NCBI GenBank assembly: GCA_977017645.1 | Contig: OZ360238.1 | Span: forward strand, 26,536,001-26,600,000 | Direction: 5' to 3' | Origin: Torpedo marmorata | Lineage: Eukaryota | Length of the DNA stretch: 64,000 nucleotides | Shown here: piece after piece, positions 1-11,531 of the stretch | How positions within the stretch are numbered: position 1 is the first letter of the stretch | Layout: each line of letters opens with the position of its first letter | Notes under the pieces: generated by a model | Told to the model about the DNA's origin: nothing | Databases searched by the model: none | Seen by the model: the letters and a program-made list of their open reading frames with translations, nothing else | Program-made: the position numbers and the translations under genes

Positions 1-85
1 AGATGGTGGCACTGAATGAAAGGATCAGCCTTGGGATTGAATGGCAGAGCAGGCATGAGCTGGCAAATGGACTACTACTGCTTCC
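1..85 (+). mobile_element. Degenerate CR1-type LINE 3' UTR remnant
   Basis: gatcagcc...gaatggcagagcagg...aatggactact resembles the CR1 tails at 25230, 26497 and 36940. Confidence 0.55.
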
Positions 86-410
86 ACTTGTGAAGTTCAC
101 AGGTCCTCAGCTGATTCAAGAAAGCAGCATAAAACAAGACAATAGAAGTTATTTACAGCTAAGTGGATGTACAAGAAATAAATACCTTAATATCATTCAG
201 AAGCTGTAAATTCTGAAGTTACTGTAAAATGTTTTGGCCACAAAATTCACAAATGACTCTTTTTAATTGTTCATTTTTAAATGTACACTTGGAATGACAC
301 ACCTTGTAGATTAGGTTTGAAAGGGCTGAGGTTTGGACTGCATCTGCACTGATTTAGTTCTCAATTTGTCACCAGTCTTAGAAAGGCATAAAATAACTAT
401 AATTCTTAAT

Positions 411-606
411 CCTGAGCACTGGTGGTAAATCCACGGACACTCAGTGACTCTGACGGGACTCTTTCACTTCTCTTTCTCTTGTACTGTAAGGTGCGCCAGG
501 CGATACTAATGGTGACTCTTTGTCTGCCTTATAACAAGCAGAAGGCAATTCTGTGTAATATTGCATGTTCTGTAAAATTACATGACAATAAAAGAATCTT
601 GTATCT
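411..606 (+). mobile_element. 3' fragment of the GC-rich non-autonomous retroposon (same family as 57321-58120)
   Basis: aatccacggacactcagtgactctgacgggactc...tctgcctt...atgacaataaaagaatctt matches 52120-52290 and the reverse complement of 57321-57500. Confidence 0.75.
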
Positions 607-1317
607 GATCACGATATTATGAAGCATGTATTTGTAAATGTAAATTGATATCCAATAATTTCCACAGTGATAGAGCCAATTAACATATACCAACTCTGTG
701 TATATTTTGGAAATAGCTGTTCAAGCAATACCCAGTATTGTGAAGCATAGCCAAAGTTACAACAACAAGGAATGGAGACATTTGACAAAAACAAACTTGT
801 ATGCACTTTTTTGAAGCTGCTTTAGTCCTTAACATCATCATGAGAGTTTACAGTCATTGGCAAATGTTGTAATCATGTTTGTTTTAATTAAGGAACTGTA
901 ACTTTGCACTGTTCTGTTTGGATTAAATCATTCATATGTGATTGTGCTGATTACGTTGAATGGGAATCATTTAACAACCTGCGTTTTCACAACCTGTGAT
1001 TATCGGTACCATCCAACGCCACATTGGTTTTCCCAGATATTATCCCACAGTTTGTTATTTAATATAGCACAGTACCCATACCTTCCTCCCATGGAGAGGA
1101 ACAGATTTTTATCCAAACTTTACCATTGCGACATGGTAACTGTTGTCTCTGCATTGGTTCCCACTCAAGCATGCAGAGCCGAATCTTACAAAATTACCTG
1201 TTAAAACGAAAATGTCTTCCCAGCTCAAGCAGAGATCAATCTCACAAATGTGTATTTGCAACTCGTTTCTGTGTTTTGCTGCCTGGAATCTCGCTGGGAT
1301 CTACCGCCACAATCGTC

Positions 1318-1903
1318 ACAAACGTCTCAAGAAGGCAGCATCTATCATCAAGGGCCCTCACTACCTAGGCCAGGGGTGGCCAAACCTTTTTGGTAGTGGG
1401 CCACATACAGAAAAATATAAGGAGTCATGGGTCAAACAATATTAAGCCCGGCAGTTTTCAACCACCGCCGGCTCCATTAACAAGCCATTTAAAGCCTGTA
1501 TAGATCCGACGGCAGTCGGACTGGGCAGTTTGACCCCGCAGGGGAGCGCTGAGACTTTGCTCCCCGCTCTCCGCAGGTCCACACACAGTTGGCCATGGGG
1601 CCATAGTTTGGCCACTCCTGACCTAGGCCATTCCCTCTTCACACTGCTACCATCAGGAAGGAGGTGCAGGAGCCTGAAGACGAACACCCAACAGTACAAA
1701 AACAGCTTCTTCCCCTCTGCCATCAGATTTTTGAATGGACAATGAACTACAGACACGACCTCACATTTTTTCTTCTTTTGCACCAATTTTTTTAAATGTA
1801 ATTTACAGCTATTTTTGCACCTGTAATGCACAATATTTCTGCCGTAAAACAACAAATTTTGTGATACATGTTCATGACAATAAATTCTGATTCGGATTCT
1901 GAT
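1318..1903 (+). mobile_element. Rex1/Babar LINE 3' fragment interrupted by a hAT MITE
   Basis: Encodes RLKKAASIIKGPH / GHSLFTLLPSGRRCRSLKTNTQQYKNSFFPSAIRFLN; ends ATGACAATAAA(TTCTGA)n. Confidence 0.9.
1371..1620. mobile_element. hAT-type MITE, 250 bp
   Basis: TIRs CAGGGGTGGCCAAAC / GTTTGGCCACTCCTG; perfect 8-bp TSD ACCTAGGC at 1363-1370 and 1621-1628. Confidence 0.92.
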
Positions 1904-4900
1904 GATTTGGCAACTCGGGAACCTCACATCAATAAGTGGAGGAAAGTCACATGACTGCACAATATATTCAACTGTAGCTCGACTAAGAACTGCCAAACTT
2001 GCAACCATTGGCAGCAGCTTTGAAATTCTGAGTTCCCAGCTACAGTTTGCTGCAGTTTGGAGAACAGAAGGATCTCACTCGACCCACTGAGTCCATGCTG
2101 CATCTTGCCTTAACACACTCCATAACTAACCCAGTTACCTTGTGTTCTTCCAATGGTTCTGTATCTTCACTATCTTCAACAGTGCTTGCATTTTTCACTT
2201 AAAAGGTGCAATAGTCTCTGCTTCAATGACTGTCTGTGGTAAAACATTCAAGGTTTAACAAACTTCACAGTAATGCCAGTTCTTCCAACTTTTCCCTATT
2301 CTCGCCTGGGTCAGGTGAGCACATACTCCTTTTGCTCCCAAGGTAAGGGAACAATGAGAGTAGGACAGGCCAGCCTGCAGTCAGTCACCAGTGGAAAAGC
2401 TGCATTGTTCCCGCTTGAGAGATCTGCTGTGCCAGGGATATGCTTCAGCTCTGCTCACTGATTGAGATTGCCAGTCTTTTTGGCAGGAATGCACTATCTG
2501 AGCTAAATTGCATTAATATTGCAGTTACAGGGAAAGGAAGTGCTTTGTTGATACTGCAGGAAAGGAAAGAGGAAGAATGCAAATGCGACTCATACTGGAC
2601 CTTAAACCTGAGATGAGCAAACTTTATATTAGATAATGTAACAATTATTGAATATCTTCCTTAGCAATAAGACACTGTAAGGTAAACAATACATAATTGT
2701 AAAAAGATCAATAGCTGCAATCATTTTGACCATGTTAATTGTAAATAAAATTGCTATAACATGTCAACCTCATTTCCTTTCTCTCAGCATCATCCTAACA
2801 GACAACATGCCAGGTTCCCATTATGTGCTCGGAACTTTATAGGTTCTCAATCAGACCTGATCAATGTGTCGAGATAATGCATGGAGTAAGTAAGACTCCT
2901 TCAAAAAGCAACTTTAAAATCAATGGAGGGGACAACATAATGAGTAGTGTCCAAAGCCCAGAGGAAACCATACTCTGTGCTGCTTGCGATTGTATTTTAT
3001 CATGGACCGATAAACAGATCACTTTTAATGAGTACACAGCATATGCACGTTACTCTGGTCTTTTAGTCTCCCAGGAGAGCAAAGGTATATTAGTGCTGAA
3101 AACATCTTGAGTGGTCAGCAGTTCTACAGGTGCAAGCCTCTTAAATCTTGAAATCAAGTCAAAAGAATACAATTTTTATATCCATGGCAATCATTGACAT
3201 GAAAATCAAAGTAGACATATCCTTTTCCAGATGAGTGGCCTTCAATTAGCAAATATTTCACTCTGAAGGGAACCATGTTCTGCAGTGTATGAAGGGACCT
3301 TTATATTCTGAGATAATGTTCCTTTGTAGGCGAATGCTGGTTTTATTAGAAACAGAGGCGCATGGTGGTAACTCCACAAATCCAGGAATCCCAGTTTGAA
3401 AGAATCAACGATTGATGTAAAAATAAATCAAAGGTGGTGTTCTTTTTACTGTCTGGGAGATTCCGTTCTTTGCTTTGGATTGTTTGTCAAGCATCCATTT
3501 AAGCATCCCCCTCCTCTGCAATTTTTGAATGTTTAAAACCCACAACTGCCATCATCCAATCTTCCTCGTTTTTCTGATTCCTTTCCAGGGAAGGCCTCAG
3601 CTCGCTACTCATCAGCTAATCTTTTCAGAATCAAGGTCAAGATGATGGTAATATCACATTGTTTGATAATTCTGGTAAAAAGAAACAAAAGAACCACCTT
3701 ATCTACAGGGGAGGTTCTATAAAACTTCTAAAAATGCTAATAATTCTAGGAACATTAGTTCCCCTTCTTTTCTATTGCCCATTCAGAAATGTAAGGATTT
3801 CCAAGCAGAAAGCACTGTGATCTCGCAACCCAAGGGCAAATACTCTCTCTCGATAGCAATCACTTACTGAAAAGACGCGATGTGCAAATAAAATTGATAA
3901 AGTTCACACTAAAAATTAGATGTTCTGGGTGTTAAGCGGATTTTGATTTGGACCCTGGAGTGAGTGATCTGAAACAATCCTGTGACATGGACTCCATCCA
4001 AGAAAGTTTCAATATTGTCACCATGTTGCATTCTGTTTTAATTGCCACTTGTCATTTTAAGATAGCCATTTGCCACCTGGCCACTAGATTTTTATCCATT
4101 ATACACTAATGAGCACTAAAATGTAAATGAATATAAAAAAACTGGACCTATTAAGATAAAGACAACTGCATTCTCAAGACCTGGGGCAATCACACCCATT
4201 AGTCAGTCACAGACACAGTGATGTGTAACAGACATTTACAAAGACAGGGCTGTGATGCTGTCCAGCTGGGACCAAACCTGCTATGAATTTGGCAGGGAAT
4301 AAAATTCATGAAGGGTCAGGCTGTGTTGAAAGGCCCTTGGTTTTCTCACACTTTCCCTTCAATTCCAGGCACTGAGATGGCAGACTACAGTGCTTCAACA
4401 AGAACCCATCTGAACAATCTTAGGTCAAGTTCAGAGATATAAAACACAGCCTTCTCACAATCAGGGCCGACTGAGTTTGTGGCCCACCATGACGTTATTT
4501 ATGAAGAGAAAATAAATGTGGATAAAAACAGACTGAGATAGGATATACACTCATATATTTAAGGAAAAATCACAATGCCTGTCTTTGTCAGTCTTCACCA
4601 ACTTTTGGAAAAGTATTAAGTCATAGATTCCAGACATTGTTTAATGTCAGAGGTAATCTGCCAAAAAAGTAGAAGTTGGAACAGCTCACGGCAATTTTAA
4701 AGTAATTAAGGTAAAGTTGCAGAAAGTTGTGTGAACTTGGGGTCATAAAAGCCTGTAACTGTAATATTGAGTACTGGGATTGATGAACTTTTAGAATAAT
4801 TTTAAATGCATTTTGTATCAATAAATACTTTGATAATTAGTAGATTTCATTTTATTAAAATTATGTTTGAAATGCAAGGTATAAAATTGGTTAATGATAA

Positions 4901-5169
4901 CAGTGGGACAGAAGGGGAAGAATTATTTGCACCATATTTTGCTTTTATCCTCCAAAAAATATAATATCAGCCAGGTTATTAGAAATATGACTTGCACTGC
5001 TGTTGCTGACCACTTTCAAACCCATGATCTATTCAAGTAAAGTTGTTTAACAAAAAATATTGCAGTAAGATGTGGATGTCTGAATTCAGTGACAACCGTG
5101 GAAGCACTGGACTGTACAATGCTCCTGTCGTTGAGAGGACAAGGAGCAAATGGACATCAGTAAAACCTT

Positions 5170-6835
5170 TCAACAAGATCTCATTCTGCAGAATAGGAGA
5201 GCAAATGTGAGGTGTTGCACTTTGGAAGGTCAAATGAAGGAGGAAAATATACGATAAATGGCAGGACCTGTAGGAGCGTTTATGTACAGAGGGGTCTTGG
5301 AATGTAAGTCAATAGCATGGTGAGAGTTGGAACACAAGCCAATAGGGTGGTAGAGAAGGCACACGGCATATTTGCCTTCATTGATCAGGACGCTGAGTAT
5401 AAAAGTCAGGAAGTCGTGTTGCAGCTGTGTAAAACTTTGGTGAGGCCACAATTGGAGTATAGTGTGCAGTTCTGGTCACCAGATTACAGGAAGAATGTTG
5501 AGGCTTTGTAGTGCAGAAAAAATTCACCAGGATGCTGGCTGGATTAGTGTATAGTACAAGGAAAGGTTGGACAAATTTGGATTGTCTTCTCAAGAACATC
5601 AGCCTGATAGCAAGTACATAAAATTCTGAGATTAGGGTAGATAGTCTTTTTTCCCCAGGGTGGAAATATCAAATACTACAGGACCTGACTTTAAGGTAAG
5701 AGCAGGAAAAGCAAGTTTGTTTTTTTTTTACAAAAAGAATGGTAGGGGACCAAGATTATTAACGTTAGACATAGATTAGTTCAATATAATTTTTTTCATC
5801 AATTATATTTAACGCCTAAAAAATTAAAGATATTTAATTCGACATTATCAGGTTTATGTTTTGGATGTAATAGAGAGGAAGGTTCTTTTGTACATTCTAC
5901 ATGGTTTTGTCCAAAGATATATGATTTTGGTTGAAAGTTAAAAACTTTTTCGATAAAGTATTGAATATTACACTTCCAATGAACCCTATGATATTTTTGT
6001 TTGGAGATATTAAAATAATTAGTATTAAGATGAAATTAAATATGTATCAAATAGAATTTTTGCAAATTGCTTTAGCTGTTTCTAAGAAATGCATTGCTAT
6101 TACATGGAAATCTGATGTAGATTTAGGGTTAGAAAGATGGCCTGCAGAACTTCGTTCATGTATACCACTTGAAAAAATTACTTACAATTTACGTAATAAA
6201 TACCATTTCTTTTTGAAAATATGGAGCCCATATATAAAAGCTGTTGGTTTAAGGATTTGAAGATCTCTAGACATGGGATCTGACTGGCAAATCTATCCTC
6301 CACAATAAAATCAGTTTATAGATGTACTTTTTAGATTGACATTCTCCTCACTCTATCTTTTTCTTTCTTTTTTAAAATTATTTTAGTAGATTAGTATGGG
6401 CTCCCCGTGCTTTCGGCGTGGTTGTCGGCTGGGCCGTACAGTGTACTGTGCGACTTGACTGCACCTCATCGGTGAGCCGGTGTGAGTCAGGGGGGTGGGA
6501 GGGTTAGGGAGGGGAGGGAGGGGGGGGGGGTAAAAATGTATCACATGTATTTTGATAATTTTATATTTTAATTTATGTACTTCGTGATTTAAAATTTTAA
6601 ATAAAATATTTTTTTTAAAAGAGAATGGTAGGGGCCTGGAAGAGCTGCATGGGGAAGAGTTGGAAGCAGATAAAATAGCAATATATAAGGGGCATTCAGA
6701 CAGACACATGATTAAGAAGGGGACAGAGGGACAAGTCCATGTGCAGGCAGATATGTAGTTTAAATTAGTGACATGTCCGGCGTATACATCGTGCGCCAAA
6801 GGGCTTGTTCCTGAGCTTTACTGTTCTACGTTCTA
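5170..6835 (+). mobile_element. CR1 LINE 3' portion (RT C-terminus and tail), split by an L1 insertion
   Basis: EYKSQEVVLQLCKTLVRPQLEYSVQFWSP motif; sequence resumes at 6622 and ends in a CR1 tail (gggcttgttcctgagctttactgttctacgttcta). Confidence 0.85.
5749..6621 (+). mobile_element. 5'-truncated L1-clade LINE (ORF2 C-terminus and 3' UTR)
   Basis: RLVQYNFFHQLYLTP, Cys/His zinc-knuckle region, KCIAITWK...IPLEKITY; G-rich UTR, AATAAA; 13-bp TSD AGAATGGTAGGGG at 5736-5748 and 6622-6634. Confidence 0.88.
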
Positions 6836-7294
6836 ATTCAAATGAAGTGACCCTCTTTGAAACAATGTCTCTGCAGACCAGCACACTTTCATGATCAATT
6901 TTAGAACACTACCAATTATTTGTCGTTCATGCCAGCCAGTTCAATGATATAGATTTTGACCCTTTTCAGGGAAAAGGAAGTGGTGTATTTTCCTTCTTGC
7001 ACACCCAAACTCGTGAATGGCAGCCCATTGCAGAGACATACAGGATCACAATCAATGACTGCAGCAGTGAAAGAGGAAAGGAGTCACTTTCCTTCTGAAA
7101 TAGGGGACCTCCCCAAGGAATAGCAAAGCCTGTTACTTCATTAACATTATACATTTAGCTTCTCTTGCTGTTCTTATTGCAAAATGAAGTTGAATATTTC
7201 TATACTGTGATCAAATTAAGGCTCTCAGATATTCTGACCTTGATGACTACACTATCAGGGGTAGAATAAAAAACTGCCCTCTTTTAACGAAATA

Positions 7295-7550
7295 AAGGCA
7301 AATGACACCAGCCCGACAGTCTGTCATGTCTGCCATTTGTCATACAAATGAGTCAGTGGGACAATTGTTTGCACTGACTGCTGGGATTGGCATTAATGAC
7401 AGATGTGGGCTACACTGTCAAAACTGAATTCGCTATTACAACTGCACACTCCTAATGATTAATAAGGTGCATTGAAATTAAAGTCAGCACAAGCAACATT
7501 AGAAGAATGTCATTTGTCACTGACAATAAATTTTAAATTTTGGCACTGAA
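7295..7550. promoter_or_regulatory. Candidate enhancer / conserved non-coding element rich in TALE (TGACA) and homeodomain motifs
   Basis: Eight TGACA/TGTCA in 7303-7525, plus ATTAATGA and TAATGATTAAT; no TE similarity seen. Confidence 0.4.
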
Positions 7551-8202
7551 ATATATCTGGTTACTTGATTCTTTCAAACCTCGCAGTATAACTTATTAAA
7601 ATAATCAAAACAACGGGGAGGGAATGAGAATAATACCAGTCTTGGAAAAGCAAGGCCGCTCCTTTATCTCCACATTTGAGGAAAAAATAATTCTCACCAG
7701 GATTTAATCGATAAGTTACATTTCAAATTAATAAAGAGAAACACGGACAAACAAACACATTTTAAACAGAACAGAAAACTGAAAAATTTCATCGGCACTA
7801 TTTTTATTTCTTCACACTTGAACATATATTAATTGCAAAGATTTGCAGTAGAAATAATCAACAGTTTGTCACGATTAGACACCTCCAAAACTATTTTCAT
7901 AGAAATATATGTGTATTGGTGCTTTATAGATTCAGAACATTCATGAGGAGATGCAACACTGTTTCATAGATGTTGCTCGTCTCTGAGAAAGCTTCGTTTC
8001 TGCCAAAGTGTGATTGTTTTTTTCACTTTTCCGAGATGGTTGAGAAGAAAGTAATTTAGTGAAGGGCACTGGGGCAAAGTCAAAGCAAACCCTTCACCTT
8101 CATTCTCAAAGCTTGCACATTGTTGAAGATACTTGTTCTTTGCTGCAAGATCTCATGAAAATGGGACAGATATCAGAGTAACAAACCATCGTCTTATCTA
8201 TT

Positions 8203-8283
8203 ACACACACACACGCACTCTCGCGCACACAGGCACACACTCGCGCACACAGGCACACACTCGTGCACACGCACACATGCACG
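8203..8283. repeat. Compound (CA)n/(GCAC)n microsatellite
   Basis: acacacacacacgcactctcgcgcacacaggcacacac... imperfect tandem units. Confidence 0.9.
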
Positions 8284-9785
8284 GAATTCAAGAACAGCTG
8301 AAAATGATGCGTTTTAAAATGTTAGTGTTTACAGCTTCACATATCAACATCAATTTCACACAGTCCCGTCACTCATATAACAAGTGTTGCTGTTGTAACT
8401 TCCCTCACAAAGAAAGGGATGGAATTGCATCCTGATCGCTTCTGAACAGATCATACATAAACAAGAAAAACTGATGGCAGGAGAAAAGATACAATAAATG
8501 TTTCAACTGAATTACCAGATTCAATTTGGGGAAAAACTCCTCATTGTTTGCCATTGCGAGCTCAAGATACTTTTGGAAAGGAGGGGAGAATGACTGATTC
8601 GAACTGCCTACTGCAAATGTCAGCATTATTTTTCCCAGAGCTGAATGCTCATTGTCAAAAATACTTGGAAAAAGCAAAAGCTTCACAATTCAACTCTGTA
8701 TTGTAAGAAAACATCAGTCCAAACAGGATGCACAAAGCACAGAGACTATAAATGAAAATAACGTTTCTGCACAAAACATCTGTCAATGCTGTTTAAGAAT
8801 CAGGATGAAACCTATATTCAGAAGTGTGGAAATAAAAATGAAACACCAGCAAAACAAAAATAGTTCTTTAACTTTTGTGCAGAAACATCAAGAATTTACA
8901 AAAGTCTGAAGAAAGTTTTTGTTTCTTGGGATGATGTGCAATACAATTTCTAATCAGTAGATCCTGGGGGGTGCGTGAGAAGGTAGAGTTCGAGGTGGTT
9001 TCACTGGTGGGAGAGACACCTCCAAAGGGACGAGGCTAGAAATAAGCATCCAGTGATTTAAAACCGAGGACAGTTGAATTTTATTCTCTCGTAGGGTTGG
9101 TAATCTGTCTCCTGGATGCCGGATCATTCCATTGGATTGAAGGTGGCGATGAATAAATATCTGGAAGATTGAGGGCAATGGCGAATAGGCACAGATGTGG
9201 GTGATCGTCATATACAGAAGTACAATGTACAGATGCACTGAAATTCCTACTTGCTGCAGCTACAAAGATATGTAAAACACACCAAGAAACAAAGCATAAA
9301 AATAAATTCAAAGGACTCAGATAGGCACAATCGATATAAGAAAGATTGTTGTGGAGTAGGCTTACATCAGTCGGCACAACATCATGGGCTGAAGAGCCTG
9401 TGCTGTGCCATATTTTCTGGGTGCTATGGTGCAGCAAACTGTGGCAGCTGATCGATTTGTTCCCACTACCTTTGCGAATAAAAAATTACAGAGCAGATCA
9501 GAAAATGCAATTAGCTGGTCTTTGCAAGTTGTCAAAGAGCACCCTCAGCAGCACCTGCCATCGGCAGTATACCTACAACCAGGCATTAGGTTTTCTGTAA
9601 CCCTCCCATTCAGTTACCTCCATCACCATTAGAGAGCTGGAACAGAGGAGGGAATGTGTCCTGATTGTTTCTTCCTGTCTCCTTTTTTGTCAGGTTTGAT
9701 CCACATTGTCTCAGGCTTCTGAGAGCTGAGCTGCGGCCTTGCCATTTGAAAACATAGGTTAGTCATGCTGCCTGGCAACACGCAC

Positions 9786-9801
9786 TGATTGACAGCTGAC
9801 A
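9786..9801 (+). promoter_or_regulatory. PBX-MEIS/PREP composite site TGATTGACAG followed by CTGACA
   Basis: Exact decamer at 9786-9795 in unique sequence. Confidence 0.4.
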
Positions 9802-10587
9802 CAGCCCCAGTCTGCCTGGAGAGCAAAGCAGAGGGGGAGGGAAGAATTCATGTGATGGTATACAGAACTGCAACTAAAATCCTTAGGAGTGAAGTGTTCT
9901 TTTTACATAGACCGAAAATAATCCTGCTTTAAGAAATTATCCAAAAATAAAATTGACATTATTCCAGCATCCAAAGATGTGAAATTTATAAAAATGTCCT
10001 TGTAATTGTTATGTGGGACTTTAAAAAATGTTTAAATTCTGCATGAAAGAAATATAGTCCTATTAAATAGTCCTATTTAAGTACCGGTATTTAAGTTTTG
10101 TACTTGTAAAAGGAAGCAACATCAAGTTATTCATTTGTTCTGAAACAAATTATTGTTATTTACTTGGAATGGGGTGCAACAATTTTACAGAACTTCCCAC
10201 CTCAAAATCTTAATATTGCACTTTAAATGGGCATCTCATTAAGAAGCTCCATCAGATTTCTTTGCCAAGATAAATATTTAACAGGATCGCAAAATGAAAG
10301 CTTTAATTTTATCACTATGCCAACAGTAGAGTGTAAACCCTTGCAGAGATCTCATTCTCAAAATGCAAATATGAGAGATTAAAACACATTTAATATCAAA
10401 TAAATGAAGGCAATTTACATTTTGCATTAATTTTGCTGTCAGAGTGTATTTGTTGGGATTGATCCTATGATATTTTCAACAATCAGGCACAATACCTGGA
10501 AACATTTTTGAAGTTTGTAATTTTTCACTAAACTATCAGTGCATTACAATTGATTTCATTGGAATGACAAAACATATATTTTTGCAA

Positions 10588-11190
10588 GACCATAAGACAT
10601 AGGAGCAGAAGTGGCCTATTCAGCCCATTGAGTCTGCCCTGCCGTTCCACATGGAGGTAATCCATTTTCCTACTCAGCCTCACTCCCCGGCCTTCTCCCC
10701 ATCACCTTTGATGCCCTGGCTAATCAAGAACCTATCAATCTCTGCATTAAATACACCCAATGACCTGGCCTCCACAACTGCCTGTGGCAACAAATTCCAC
10801 AGATTCACCACCTTCTGGCTAAAGAAATTTTTACGCATCTCTGTTCTAAGAGGACGCTCTTCAATCCTGAAGCTGTGCCCTCTTGTCCTCTCCCACCATG
10901 GGAAACAACCTTTCTACATCTACTTTGTCCATACCTTTCAACATTCAAAATGTTTCAATGAGATCCTCCCTCATTCTCCTAAATTCCGAGTACAGTACGT
11001 TCCTTATATGATGACTTTTCATTCCCAGAATCATCCTTATGAACCTCCTCTGAACCCTCTGTAACGTCAGCACATCCTTTCTTAAATGAGGAGCCCAAAA
11101 CTGCTCACAATACTCCGTGAGGTCTCGTCAGTGCCTTATAAAGCCTCAATGTCACATCCCTGCTCTTATATTTTATTTCTCTTGAAATGA
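10588..11190 (-). mobile_element. CR1 LINE 3' fragment
   Basis: Reverse-strand tail (ccataagacataggagcagaag) and RT C-terminal sequence (aaattccacagattcaccacc..., gccttataaagcctc). Confidence 0.85.
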
Positions 11191-11531
11191 ATAAAATAAA
11201 TGATATTTATGGAAATGCTAGAAAATAATGATAAACCAAAATTAATTTTAAATATTTCCTTTTATGGAGGATTAATTTCAATAGAAGTGAAAAAGTATTA
11301 ATACATGTGAGATATTATTCCATTGTAGCTCCATTTACTGCTTGGGTACCAGAGCTTACCTGGGATTGTTTGCTCTGGCAATGTCTTGCTTTCTCAGCTT
11401 TCATAAATAGAAAGTCAAAACATCCCCCACTTCTGAAGTGGGGGTTCGCAACAAGGTGACAGCTATATGGAAGAAAGGACCCGTTTTTTGACTTGTGAAA
11501 ATAAACCAGAAACCAGTGAGTATCCCAATAG

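Noticed and set aside
3240-3695. Minus-strand exon after a strong acceptor (ttcttttgtttctttttaccag)
   Set aside because: All three frames stop within ~70 nt and no recognisable protein results.
11424-11444. Perfect palindrome CCCCCACTTC-T-GAAGTGGGGG
   Set aside because: Single short low-complexity palindrome with no TSD or second copy; compatible with chance.
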